Positions 30,682-40,317 of a DNA stretch of 64,000 bases are shown piece by piece; position 1 is the first letter of the stretch, and every line of letters starts with the position of its first letter. Source of the stretch: a virus (lineage: Duplodnaviria; Heunggongvirae; Uroviricota; Caudoviricetes); the IMG/VR virus record IMGVR_UViG_3300037466_003757, positions 54,680 to 118,679 of that record; one strand, given 5' to 3'. A model generated the notes under the pieces. It did no database searches. It had not been told where the DNA came from and worked only from the letters and a program-made list of their open reading frames with translations. A program made the position numbers and the translations under genes.

Positions 30682-31437
30682 CTACCTGAATCCGCCGTTG
30701 AATCCCGCCCTACGAACCGTGGAGAGCCAGTATTTGGCGAAATTCCCGTCCGGCTCTTCGGGAAGAACGGTGGGACTGTCGAATACGGACTCATATTCGC
30801 CGACCGCGTCGAACAATTTCTTGTTCGTGGTGTCTCGAGCGCACGCCTCGCCGAATGCATGATACGCGTCGGGATCGGACACGCGAACGCTCATGTCACC
30901 GGTCGTCCAAAGACTCTTACCACATTCCATGAGACGTAGTATATGCTTGGCATGCTTCGCCCGTCGGCGATCGTTCGGGTCAGTGTGACGATCGGTTACG
31001 AGACGAACCTGCTGGTTCATGAATCCCAGATACGAGTTACGAACCGACGGTGCGCTGAGAAACGATTGACGTTCCTGAACCAGCATGTCGCCGAGACCGG
31101 TGACAAACGATCGGTCATCGTCCGCTGCCCACAGTACTTCCAGCATCGTGGGATTACACTTCAGCGCCAGCCGGCAAAACTTGCCCGCCTCGTGAAAGGC
31201 GAAGTCTTCGTGTTCGCCGTGCTCGCTCCATGTCTGATCACGTTCGCTGGGTGGAAACAGCCCGTCCAATACTCCGGGCGGTTCGGCGAATACGCCGTGC
31301 CAGTCCATGTCCGACTCCGGCGTATTCGTTCCGTACGCGTGGGAGCCGCAGAGGACCTGCAAGAGCATTTGACTATCGCGGGGTCGTGCGCTCCTCATTG
31401 TCCTTGTCCTTTCAGTCTTTCGGATCGCGTAGGTCAA
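30682..31437 (-). CDS. nucleotidyltransferase (pol-beta superfamily, ANT/minimal-NTase-like)
   Basis: LCGSHAYGTNTPESDMDWHGVF matches the GS...SDxD NTase signature. Confidence 0.6.
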   Translation of the reverse strand: MTYAIRKTERTRTMRSARPRDSQMLLQVLCGSHAYGTNTPESDMDWHGVFAEPPGVLDGLFPPSERDQTWSEHGEHEDFAFHEAGKFCRLALKCNPTMLEVLWAADDDRSFVTGLGDMLVQERQSFLSAPSVRNSYLGFMNQQVRLVTDRHTDPNDRRRAKHAKHILRLMECGKSLWTTGDMSVRVSDPDAYHAFGEACARDTTNKKLFDAVGEYESVFDSPTVLPEEPDGNFAKYWLSTVRRAGFNGGFR

Positions 31438-31520
31438 ACCAACGCTTGATACCGTACCAAACCGCGCATACCGCGAGGATTAACGGTATTATTTCCAACA
31501 GTTTGACGATCATTTTATTC

Positions 31521-32441
31521 CTACCGAGGACCGACAATGACCGGAGAACCGGCCGGAACGGGTACAACACCGCTGATTTTGCCGTCTTTGATCGCCTGAA
31601 GAAGCACGTATGCATTGACGTCGCCACCGAGTGCTGCGATCAACGGTCGGATACCGTCCGCCTCGGACAGAATCTGCGCGTTTCGCTGCAGCTGCGCCGC
31701 GTTGTCGGCTTGAGCGCGTGCGAATGCCTCAACGGATTTACGCAGATCGTCCGGAATACCCGGCTTCTGCAGAACGGTTCCACTGATAGTGAAGTAACTG
31801 TCACCCATCGCCTGGTCGACCAGACCTTTGACCGCGGGGATTTTGCCGTCAGGAGAAGCAGGCGTGCCCTTGAGCAGGGTCTCCACTTCGGCGGACCACT
31901 TGTTCATGGCGTCACCGTTATTGGTGTACAGATCGGTCCACTTGTACTTCTGCGTAGCCTGCGTGACAGCCAGCTTGATTGCGTGCGCCAAATACGTCTG
32001 GAGCAGCTTCTCCCAATCCTTACCGTTATCGAACTTGATACCGATCTGCTCGTGGAACTTCTGCAGTTTCTTGCAATCGGACGTCAACTCGAACTGAACC
32101 TGGCCGCTCACCGCCAATTGAACTTGATCCGACGACGGAGCGAGCAATGCGGACGTATCGCCGATCAGATCACCGTCCGGCTTGTTGTCCTTTCGTTCGT
32201 CCGAGAAAACATACGTTCGCTGACCGGCGGGATAGATGGATGCGTTCTTGGTCACCGACTCCACTTTACGAGTGGATGGATCCACGCAATTGGAGAACGT
32301 TTTGGACGTCGCCATACCACCGCTGTAAACCACTGCTCGCTCGTCCGGCGCGGTACTCACCACCGTACAACCGGTGACCGCGACCGTCACACCCACAGCA
32401 GCGATTGCGGCGAAACCGCCACGCTGAATCTTGTTGTTCAC
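31521..32441 (-). CDS. lipoprotein
   Basis: Signal peptide with lipobox VTGC. Confidence 0.55.
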   Translation of the reverse strand: MNNKIQRGGFAAIAAVGVTVAVTGCTVVSTAPDERAVVYSGGMATSKTFSNCVDPSTRKVESVTKNASIYPAGQRTYVFSDERKDNKPDGDLIGDTSALLAPSSDQVQLAVSGQVQFELTSDCKKLQKFHEQIGIKFDNGKDWEKLLQTYLAHAIKLAVTQATQKYKWTDLYTNNGDAMNKWSAEVETLLKGTPASPDGKIPAVKGLVDQAMGDSYFTISGTVLQKPGIPDDLRKSVEAFARAQADNAAQLQRNAQILSEADGIRPLIAALGGDVNAYVLLQAIKDGKISGVVPVPAGSPVIVGPR

Positions 32442-32482
32442 TGATTTCCTCGTTTCCTGTTCGGTTTCAACTTCGTGTCAGA

Positions 32483-32524
32483 AAGTTTGTGAGACGAAAA
32501 CGGCGCGACTCCCACAATACGAGC
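32483..32524 (-). terminator. intrinsic terminator downstream of the Ro60 gene
   Basis: AACGGCGCG...CGCGCCGTT stem followed by TTTCGTC. Confidence 0.5.
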
Positions 32525-32705
32525 GCCGCGCCGTTCATCGATTGTTACTTCGCGTGATGCCGAAGCCAAAGCTCCAACAATAGTGATCTGACAACCGGAT
32601 CACCATCGCCGGTCTCATTGATCGGATGATAGTGATTTTCGAAAATGTAGGCCATCAACGCTTCTGCGTCGACAACTTTTCCTCGAAGTTCCGGATATTT
32701 GACCA

Positions 32706-34367
32706 TCAGATACGACCGAGTGCGAAGTCGGCCATCAACTGGGGTGTCGCCGTATCGAAACCGGCGACGTTCAACGAACCCGGATCCTTCGGATCCGCGA
32801 TCGTCCAGTCGGTTGCGGTCATTCCCACAACGATCAATCGTGCATTCGGATTGATCTTGTTGCGGTACATTTCGAGTGCCTTGTGTGGATGAACGTCACC
32901 CGCCCAGTTTTCGCTGTCCGTATAGATCGTGAAAACGTCGATCTTCGTCTTGGTCTCCAACGCCCACCGCATCGGCAACGCGCAGTCGGTTCCACCCGCA
33001 CGTGTACGACCGACGACACTAATGGCGTCCGTCAGTCGCTGATGCGGCGAAATACCCAACGGAGCGATGCCCCAGTCACTGTAATAGCTACGTCGCGACG
33101 ACTTAGTACTCGGAGTCCAGGTGTGACCCGCAAGACCAGACGAGAACGCCGTGATCACGTGCTCCGGTTCGACCTTCGCCGTGACGAGAGCCATGACAGT
33201 TGCCGCGTCACGAGGCGTGATCGACATTTTGGCGATGTTGTCCCAAGTCATCGATCCGGAGACATCGATCGCCAACATGTGCGTCTTGCCGGTGGACTCG
33301 ACCGTATCGAACGATGCGTAGAACGCGGCGTCGAGTGCGTCCACGATCCGTTGAACCGGAGTCCAACGATTCGAGCCCTTCTCGCCGTGACCACGCTCGT
33401 AGACCCTCATCGCGTTGAGAATGGAAAGCGGATGTACGCGCGCCTTCTTCAAACGTTCCGGATCGGTGAGCTGATCGCAGACACGCTGCGTCCATTCGGC
33501 ACCGACCTGCGCAACGAGACCGACGTTCGTCAACGTGGGCAGATTACGCAAGAGCGCAGTCTGTGGCATACCCGATTCGAGCAATGCCTCCCATACGTCC
33601 GGACGCTTCAACGCATCGGTGGGTACCATTTCGCGAACGAGACGATACTCACGAACTATTTGCGCCACCTCGCTGGGCTTCGCCGCACGTGCTTTCTGGA
33701 AACCCTCCACGATACGGATACCGTCGCCCGACCAGTTCGGATCGTAACCCAGTGCCCATCGGAACAAACGACGCTGCTGCTCGTCCTTCGGCTTCGGGTG
33801 ATCGAGCTGGATGATTCGCCGCGGCGTCCAGTCGTTCCGATTGCGATACTTGGTGATTTGATACGCGGTCTTGTTCGTGTCCTCGGTCAGCCACTTCTCG
33901 ATCGCGCGCTTGAACGCCGTACTACCGACACCGCGCATCGCCTTCGAGTAACCCATAAACGTGTACAGCGCCGTAGCGGTACGCGCCACCTGAGGCAGAG
34001 CGGCGAGTGCAGCGCGTCGACCTTCGACATCCGAGGATGCGGCTGCGGCTGCGAGAGCGAACAGAGCGGGTTCCTGCTTCGCCGCGCGACCGCTGACGGA
34101 CACGTCCACGGCTGCGTTGACGAGCTTGATCGGATTCTTCTCTGCGAGTTCGCGAACGATCTTGACGTTCTCGATCGCCAGATCACGGGCCTTCACATAA
34201 TACGTGCCGCCCTCGACTCCGAGAATCAGGAAACGGTTGAGACGCGCGTCCTCATCGACGGTGAATACGTAACCACCGGCGTTGTTCTTGACCTGGGCAG
34301 GATCCACCTTCTCGGTCGCGGGAACCGTGCGTGTGACCGCTTCGGTGAGTGCGTCGAATGTCGCCAT
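32706..34367 (-). CDS. rsr: Ro60/TROVE-domain ribonucleoprotein with C-terminal vWA domain (Rsr-like)
   Basis: TROVE-like N-terminal two-thirds; C-terminal MIDAS motif AIDVSGSMT; 553 aa. Confidence 0.75.
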   Translation of the reverse strand: MATFDALTEAVTRTVPATEKVDPAQVKNNAGGYVFTVDEDARLNRFLILGVEGGTYYVKARDLAIENVKIVRELAEKNPIKLVNAAVDVSVSGRAAKQEPALFALAAAAASSDVEGRRAALAALPQVARTATALYTFMGYSKAMRGVGSTAFKRAIEKWLTEDTNKTAYQITKYRNRNDWTPRRIIQLDHPKPKDEQQRRLFRWALGYDPNWSGDGIRIVEGFQKARAAKPSEVAQIVREYRLVREMVPTDALKRPDVWEALLESGMPQTALLRNLPTLTNVGLVAQVGAEWTQRVCDQLTDPERLKKARVHPLSILNAMRVYERGHGEKGSNRWTPVQRIVDALDAAFYASFDTVESTGKTHMLAIDVSGSMTWDNIAKMSITPRDAATVMALVTAKVEPEHVITAFSSGLAGHTWTPSTKSSRRSYYSDWGIAPLGISPHQRLTDAISVVGRTRAGGTDCALPMRWALETKTKIDVFTIYTDSENWAGDVHPHKALEMYRNKINPNARLIVVGMTATDWTIADPKDPGSLNVAGFDTATPQLMADFALGRI

Positions 34368-34379
34368 GTCGTGTCTTCT

Positions 34380-35330
34380 TTCGTGGATGGAGTGTGAACG
34401 AGTCTGTTGACGAACGGCTGTTTATTCACTGTGGTGGAGTGGGTTCGATAACCGTACATCGGGAGTTCACACCGACATTCCGTTCGAGACGGGCAGTCGG
34501 AAAAGACGAACGAGTCAGGCGTGTCCGGAATTGACGTCCGGGAGTTACCCGAGAACGTATTGGATTCGAACCAATAATACCAGCGATAACCGGAACACAA
34601 AGAGTTCGTTTTATCCCACTGTCCGTTTCAGAATGGGAGACGTAGAAAGTAGACGATATCGAACGAAAACGCATGCCAATCGGGTTTGTGTGCTCCCAAT
34701 AGCGATAACCGACTAACAAATGAGTTCGATATCGACTGCCTCCTACGTCCATAAATCGAACGTTTATCGTGTGATCGGGAGAGCCGAACGAATCGGGCGC
34801 TGCTCGGATCTGGTGTCTGATGCTCTGCCAATTGGAGCTACCGACTTGCGTCGGACGGGACTCGAACCCGTAACCATCGGATTTGATTCGATAACCGAAC
34901 AACAAAGAGTTCGACTCTCCGAATCACACGATAAGGGAGGCGGGACGCGAAAGAGGAGCAACGCCGAACGAAACGGGTGCATTGTCGGGGTTTAGAGCTT
35001 TACCAATTAAGCTACCGCCCCATGAGCGGAGCGGACCGGACTCGAACCGGTATCCCTCGTTTTCTAGACGATAACCGACTTCGCGGGGAGTTCGGCGCTG
35101 CTCGTCTTCAACGTCCCTTATTCAATTGTCAACGTACGTAATAAGGATGGGGATTCGAACGAATCGATGATAACCGATGAATTGTATTAGCAGTACGATA
35201 ACCGGAAATCGGGAGTTCGAATCCCTCTAGCCCTTACCCATCTAGTTCGTTCTAACGCCTTTGCGATCCTGGAGGAGCGTTTTTTGGCGTTTCGATCGAA
35301 CGAGATTTATCGTATCACGCTTCAGTCGAA
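34380..35330. repeat. array of tRNA-like repeat units (CGATAACCG ... GAGTTCGA) and tRNA half-like fragments
   Basis: Six or more units with GATAACCG followed 8-12 nt later by a GAGTTCGA-type T-loop; canonical 5'-half and 3'-half tRNA sequences in non-canonical order. Confidence 0.5.
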
Positions 35331-35378
35331 AAGCGAAATCTTTTTTCTGAAGTTCTATTGTTCGACGTAGAAGCGTTT

Positions 35379-35783
35379 TTACAAACCGAGTGAGGCCTTC
35401 CATGCCTCATCGGAACCTTTGAACCAGACGGGTGCATCTTCGAAATCGTTGAAGTCGGGATTGTCCGCGACAGATACGTCCTCCACGAATTCGATCAATC
35501 GTGCCGCGATATCCGGATGACTAACAGACATCAATTTGGCGAAGTGATGCACGCCGGTTGCTGTACGCGTCCCTGCCTGACTCAACACATCGAGTGACTC
35601 GATCCACGTCAGAAGCTTCTCCGCCGTCGAAAGCGGAAGAACGACACGCTGATTATCGGCACCCTTGCTTTCACGATCCTTCGCCTGGTCGATTTCTTCG
35701 CGCAAACGTCTCGTCGCACGAAATCCATTGAGTACGGTCGGACCGTCGGGATGAATGTTAGTCATTGTCCTTGTCCTTGTCAT
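35379..35783 (-). CDS. hypothetical protein
   Basis: 134 aa. Confidence 0.45.
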   Translation of the reverse strand: MTRTRTMTNIHPDGPTVLNGFRATRRLREEIDQAKDRESKGADNQRVVLPLSTAEKLLTWIESLDVLSQAGTRTATGVHHFAKLMSVSHPDIAARLIEFVEDVSVADNPDFNDFEDAPVWFKGSDEAWKASLGL

Positions 35784-36441
35784 TGTCCTTGTTCTTGTCC
35801 TTGTCCTTGTCCTTGTCCTGTCTCTCTTTGATCATTTTGACGATTTCGCCCAACGGAACTGGACCCATACCCCATGCGTCCGGACCGACGTTGATCTCAC
35901 GATCGGTGGTCCATGGTTCGGACTGATGCGTATGACCGTGCAACAGATAGTGATTGACGGTCACAACGTGTCGCAATCTCCACTGCAAATCACGTGCCTC
36001 GTCGGTGTGATCCGCCTCCAGGGGATAATGCGATAATACGAAACGAATTCCGTCGCTTTTCACCATCGCCTCGGTACCGATCCATTCGAACGCTCCGCTT
36101 TCGACGTACGTCTTCCACCAGACGAACGAACGAGATCCATGGCGAGGGTGCGGTCCGTCGTGGTTACCCAGAATCAACCGTTTGGATCCTGGCAACGTCA
36201 CCATGATATCCAAAGCGTGCTCTTGCGCCCGTGCACCGCCGGCAGACAGATCACCCAATACGTAGATCGTATCGGACGGCTGAATACGTTTACGCCAGAA
36301 GTGCTGCAACGTTCGATCGTGCGCTTCGATCGTCGAGAATCCGCGATGCTCGACCGCTACTTTCTCATGACCGAAATGCAGATCGGACGTGACCCAAATT
36401 GCCATTGTCGTCTCATTTCGCATGGCGTGGTCGATGACCAC
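35758..36441 (-). CDS. metallophosphoesterase (calcineurin-like) with KD-repeat tail
   Basis: DLHFGH and GNHD motifs; C-terminal DKDKDKDKNKDNDKDKD encoded by GACAAG repeats. Confidence 0.7.
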   Translation of the reverse strand: MVIDHAMRNETTMAIWVTSDLHFGHEKVAVEHRGFSTIEAHDRTLQHFWRKRIQPSDTIYVLGDLSAGGARAQEHALDIMVTLPGSKRLILGNHDGPHPRHGSRSFVWWKTYVESGAFEWIGTEAMVKSDGIRFVLSHYPLEADHTDEARDLQWRLRHVVTVNHYLLHGHTHQSEPWTTDREINVGPDAWGMGPVPLGEIVKMIKERQDKDKDKDKNKDNDKDKDND

Positions 36442-36733
36442 GTTCGATCTCGCTCGCTACTGGCTGCAATTGTCCGCCGATCCACTGGAAACCGGGAATA
36501 CCGGATCCACCGTGCATGTAATCGTCGTCGCCTTCATCGGCACGTGCGGACAGCGCCTCGATCTGCTTACGTGCTTCTTCGCGTTGCGCATTGATTTTCG
36601 CGCGATGCTTGCGCCAGAGCTTCCAGGCGACGTACAGCGCGATGAAAAGCAGAATCCAGAGCCAAAATCGGATGACTGCGTAAAGCGTCAGGGCACCGAT
36701 GAAGATCAGGATGCCTATTGCTGTCTTTCGCAT
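36413..36733 (-). CDS. membrane protein
   Basis: Two TM helices. Confidence 0.45.
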   Translation of the reverse strand: MRKTAIGILIFIGALTLYAVIRFWLWILLFIALYVAWKLWRKHRAKINAQREEARKQIEALSARADEGDDDYMHGGSGIPGFQWIGGQLQPVASEIERGHRPRHAK

Positions 36734-36829
36734 CGTATCTCCTTCAGTGATCCCGTTGTTATACCAAAAAGACGTCGGATTTAACGCCTTACCGTACGTA
36801 TATCGCCGTATTTCGCGGTTTTATTCCAG

Positions 36830-37372
36830 CTACGCTGTCAGATCGCCGTGGCGCTTTTCGACCAGTTTCCAGATATAACGCTGGAGCTTGTCATCGTACT
36901 TCGGAATACGGGGCGGCCATAACAAAAGCATACCGGCTTCCTCGGGCGTACGGTCCGCCTTACCCTCGTTACACGGCGAACACGCTGCGATCAAGTTGAT
37001 CCAAGTATCCTTGCCGCCACGCGACTTGGGAATGATGTGATCGACGGTCGCAGCGAACTCGCCGCAATAGCCGCACTTGCTCTTGTCACGACGGAGAACG
37101 CCGATGGGCGTCGCCTTCGAGTTCTCATCGATGATCACGTGATGCTTGACCACCACGTAATTGAGCATTCGGATGACTTTGGGAAGCAAGATCATTTCGT
37201 GCTGTGAACGAATCGGAAACTCGGGTACGTAATCCTCCAGTGACTCCGCCTGACCCAGTCCGAGCAATACGATCGCTCGCGTTGCCGGTATTCGCTCCAG
37301 TGGTTCGTATGTGGCGTTCACGACGACGACCTCAGCAGTCATCCAGTTGGACGCGTTCAGCCTTCTACTCAT
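36830..37372 (-). CDS. HNH endonuclease
   Basis: CGYCG...VDHIIP...N...CSPCN HNH motif. Confidence 0.7.
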   Translation of the reverse strand: MSRRLNASNWMTAEVVVVNATYEPLERIPATRAIVLLGLGQAESLEDYVPEFPIRSQHEMILLPKVIRMLNYVVVKHHVIIDENSKATPIGVLRRDKSKCGYCGEFAATVDHIIPKSRGGKDTWINLIAACSPCNEGKADRTPEEAGMLLLWPPRIPKYDDKLQRYIWKLVEKRHGDLTA

Positions 37373-37409
37373 CTCGCCTCCCTCCGTTCATCTCGTAGTT
37401 GTTGAATCT

Positions 37410-37438
37410 ACTGTATCGTGATTGAGCGAATGTGTGAA
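37410..37438 (-). promoter_or_regulatory. sigma-A-type promoter TTCACA-N17-TACAGT
   Basis: Conserved family member. Confidence 0.5.
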
Positions 37439-37439
37439 T

Positions 37440-37772
37440 CTATTTCGTATCTCGTTCGCCGCGGAACCATTGCCGCAGTCGCTGACGCGCATCCTCGGGA
37501 ATGTCATCGCGACTGTACGTATGAGACCGCGAAAGACCCAACTGAACGGCGATATCTTCGTAGGTCGCTTCCTTGGGATCCACCCAATAAACCTCCATGA
37601 GACGATTGTGCTCGCCGATTCGCGTCGAAATCGCTTCACGCGGATCCTGACCGCGTTTGATATTGATCGGAAAATCCTCGTGATCCCACGTATCGCAGGC
37701 GACGAGCATGTGGGTCGAGTCTTGTCTACGTGCCTCATCGATCCATACGGCGATGTCTTCTTGTGTTGTCAC
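37440..37772 (-). CDS. hypothetical protein
   Basis: 110 aa. Confidence 0.45.
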   Translation of the reverse strand: MTTQEDIAVWIDEARRQDSTHMLVACDTWDHEDFPINIKRGQDPREAISTRIGEHNRLMEVYWVDPKEATYEDIAVQLGLSRSHTYSRDDIPEDARQRLRQWFRGERDTK

Positions 37773-37781
37773 GACGACCTC

Positions 37782-38300
37782 CTATTTGGTCTTGGTGGGT
37801 ACGCTTCCTCGAAGCTGACGAGTCGTCGGTGCGGAATTGGCCGCGGTGGTCTTGGGAGCCGGTGCTTGAGTCGTGGTCTTCGCTGGTGCCGTCGTGGTCA
37901 CCGCCGCGGTCGTCGTCTTCGGCGGAACGCCGAGTCCACCGCGTGTCACCTTACCGCCGTTTTCGGGCGCGCCACCCGGCTGAACCGACGGCGTCTTGCC
38001 GTTCGTGGCAGGCGGCGGATTGAAGATGTTGACCGTCTTGTTGTTGATGACGGTCGTTTGCTGCACTGCGGCGTTCATTCGCGGTACGGTCGCGCCGACC
38101 GGATAATAACTCCAACGATCGCCGTAGTTACCGCGACAGAACGAGTCCGGAATACGGGTCATCGTGACCGGATTCACGCAAACCTCCACGTAATCGTAGG
38201 AGGCACCGGACGACGGTGGCGTTTTGCACGCCGCCGTTCCGCTGATCATCGCGGCTCCTGCGACGACCGCGAAGACCGTGTTCCTCATCTGATGTGTCAT
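37782..38300 (-). CDS. Thr/Pro-rich secreted lipoprotein
   Basis: Lipobox GTAAC; TTAAVTTTAPAKTTT low-complexity region. Confidence 0.5.
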   Translation of the reverse strand: MTHQMRNTVFAVVAGAAMISGTAACKTPPSSGASYDYVEVCVNPVTMTRIPDSFCRGNYGDRWSYYPVGATVPRMNAAVQQTTVINNKTVNIFNPPPATNGKTPSVQPGGAPENGGKVTRGGLGVPPKTTTAAVTTTAPAKTTTQAPAPKTTAANSAPTTRQLRGSVPTKTK

Positions 38301-39430
38301 GTCTGTTTCTCTGCTTCCTTCTCGTAGATATCCCTGGACGCAATCCAGATATCCTTCAGAATCGTCTTGGCGACGTATCGGACGGCGCGTGCGTGCTTGT
38401 GACCGTCGGACAATGGGGAACCCGGTTGTGCCGGTTTACCGGACGGACCGCAACGAATGCACATTGTCGCGTGTTCGGCGTCCGCGTACTTGACGCGCGC
38501 TTCCCGATAAATCGTCTCGTAGTGACTTCCCGGGAATTTCGGCATCGCCGATGCGATCACCCAGATCCGTTTACGAGCCGTCTCCGACCAGTTGGATTGG
38601 TGACCGCGTCGCCGTCGCGGCGCCGTACCGTCGCCGGTGACGTGCAATCCGCAATACGCCCACAATTCGCGAACAGTTCGTGGACGACCATCGAAGTCGT
38701 GCCAATACGGATCGCCGATCGCGGCGAGCAATCGCGCCATTTGCTTCTCGCCGAGACCCTTGTGTTTCTTCTGAAATTCGATCAACGGGTGACCACGCAT
38801 TGCGCGTTGCAAGTTCAACGTGGCTTCGTGTTCGAGCTTTTTCATTTGCTCGACCAACGCCGCGGTCTTGGCGACGGCGATGTGATCATCGCTGAGACCG
38901 TATCCCTTGGGATCTCCGTTCTCGTTCACTTCCGTTCTGGTCAATGCCAGATAGCGATTCGAATTGGCGATACGAACACCTTCGACATCATCCAATATTT
39001 CCGCGGCGATCGTCAAGAGAGGATCGCGAAGAAAACCGCCGAAGCTAGTGTATGCATGGCTATCACCTTTTGCATGAACTTCGACGGGGTTGGATTCGCT
39101 GCGTCCAGTAGTGGGGTGGCCATCAGGTGTACCATGGGACGCAGCGAAGTTGGAGCCGTTGCCGACAGAGCCACTTTGGCTATCAACCGCGATATGATCG
39201 ACAACGGAGTTTGAACCGTCGAGCTCACTAGTGTTATGGCTATCACCTGTAGCATGGAGTTCGACGGAGTTGGAACCAGCGACAACATAAGTGTGTTGGC
39301 TAACAGCAGTGCGGTGGTCGTCGCTGGGGCTGAATCCGTCGTTGACAATGGTGCGGTGGCTATCAAACCTACTATGGTCAACGACGGAAATCTGTGTGGC
39401 GAGCTGAGCTCGAGCCGAAAAGTCTGTCAT
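38297..39430 (-). CDS. protein with IS110-family transposase-like C-terminal HhH domain and His/Ser-rich repeats
   Basis: GLGEKQMARLLAAIGD...YCGLHVTGDG...RRRRGH resembles the IS110 C-terminal domain; the N-terminal half is repetitive (HATGDSHNTSELDGSNS). Confidence 0.45.
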   Translation of the reverse strand: MTDFSARAQLATQISVVDHSRFDSHRTIVNDGFSPSDDHRTAVSQHTYVVAGSNSVELHATGDSHNTSELDGSNSVVDHIAVDSQSGSVGNGSNFAASHGTPDGHPTTGRSESNPVEVHAKGDSHAYTSFGGFLRDPLLTIAAEILDDVEGVRIANSNRYLALTRTEVNENGDPKGYGLSDDHIAVAKTAALVEQMKKLEHEATLNLQRAMRGHPLIEFQKKHKGLGEKQMARLLAAIGDPYWHDFDGRPRTVRELWAYCGLHVTGDGTAPRRRRGHQSNWSETARKRIWVIASAMPKFPGSHYETIYREARVKYADAEHATMCIRCGPSGKPAQPGSPLSDGHKHARAVRYVAKTILKDIWIASRDIYEKEAEKQT

Positions 39431-39578
39431 GTCGTGTCCCCTGAGACCCCGCCAGCCGCACTAACGTTGGATATACATGCGTTGTAGACTGACGGGGTCG
39501 ATAGAGTTCTCGCTGACCATGCACCATATGATTATTCAAAATGGTGTTGGATCGATGAGAACGTTCGGTGGTCGCGGA

Positions 39579-40286
39579 TTAGACCGCGAGGGCGTTGAAA
39601 TCCTTTTCGCTCAGTTGCGAAACGGTATCCACTTTTTTGCTTTTGAGCAGTTCGGCGATTGCTTCCAGCCGGCTCGCCATCAGAAGCGAATCCGAAGCCT
39701 GTTCACGACGAACTTTCGCAGCCGCGAGAAGATCCTTCACGTCGCAATCCGCGACGCGCTTCCATCCGGCATCGCCGACGAGAATACTCGACGATAGCAT
39801 CTGCTGCCACCAATTCTTGACGGTGACCTGCTTCGCCGAACGATTTGCGGGACGAATTGCCGGACGATGCACCGGCTCGACCACGATCGGCTCGGGCTCG
39901 GACTCGAGCTCGATTTCCAAGTCATGAATCGGTTCGCGGAAAAGCGACGGTGCTCCGGGGTGAATCTTCGGACCCGTGGGTGCCAAAGGCGGAGACGGAG
40001 GACGTACGACTGGACGGTGAATGATGGGAGCGGGCTCACTGGACTTCGGTTCGTCCGATACCGGAATACCCGCAATCATGGCCCGGTTACGGAATGTACC
40101 CATGAGATTCCGTGTATATGGAACGAGCAAGGTCATGAACCACTCTTCACGTTGTTCGGTCGTGAGCGATTCGTTCACCTTCGCCGCGATGGCGGAAGGA
40201 TCGCTGAGGTTCGTGGTCTCGATGACTCGTTTGATCGCCTGATACGGACTGAGTTGAGTATCGATTCCGGTGTTTACTTCTGCCAC
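39579..40286 (-). CDS. hypothetical protein
   Basis: 235 aa. Confidence 0.45.
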   Translation of the reverse strand: MAEVNTGIDTQLSPYQAIKRVIETTNLSDPSAIAAKVNESLTTEQREEWFMTLLVPYTRNLMGTFRNRAMIAGIPVSDEPKSSEPAPIIHRPVVRPPSPPLAPTGPKIHPGAPSLFREPIHDLEIELESEPEPIVVEPVHRPAIRPANRSAKQVTVKNWWQQMLSSSILVGDAGWKRVADCDVKDLLAAAKVRREQASDSLLMASRLEAIAELLKSKKVDTVSQLSEKDFNALAV

Positions 40287-40317
40287 CGTTTCTCCTGTCG
40301 TGTCATATTTTCGCCGA

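Noticed and set aside
32525-32705. Possible Y RNA immediately downstream of the Ro60 gene (between its stop codon and the terminator)
   Set aside because: No T-arm-like or tRNA-like motif and no obvious bulged Ro-binding helix; it looks like an ordinary 3' UTR plus terminator.
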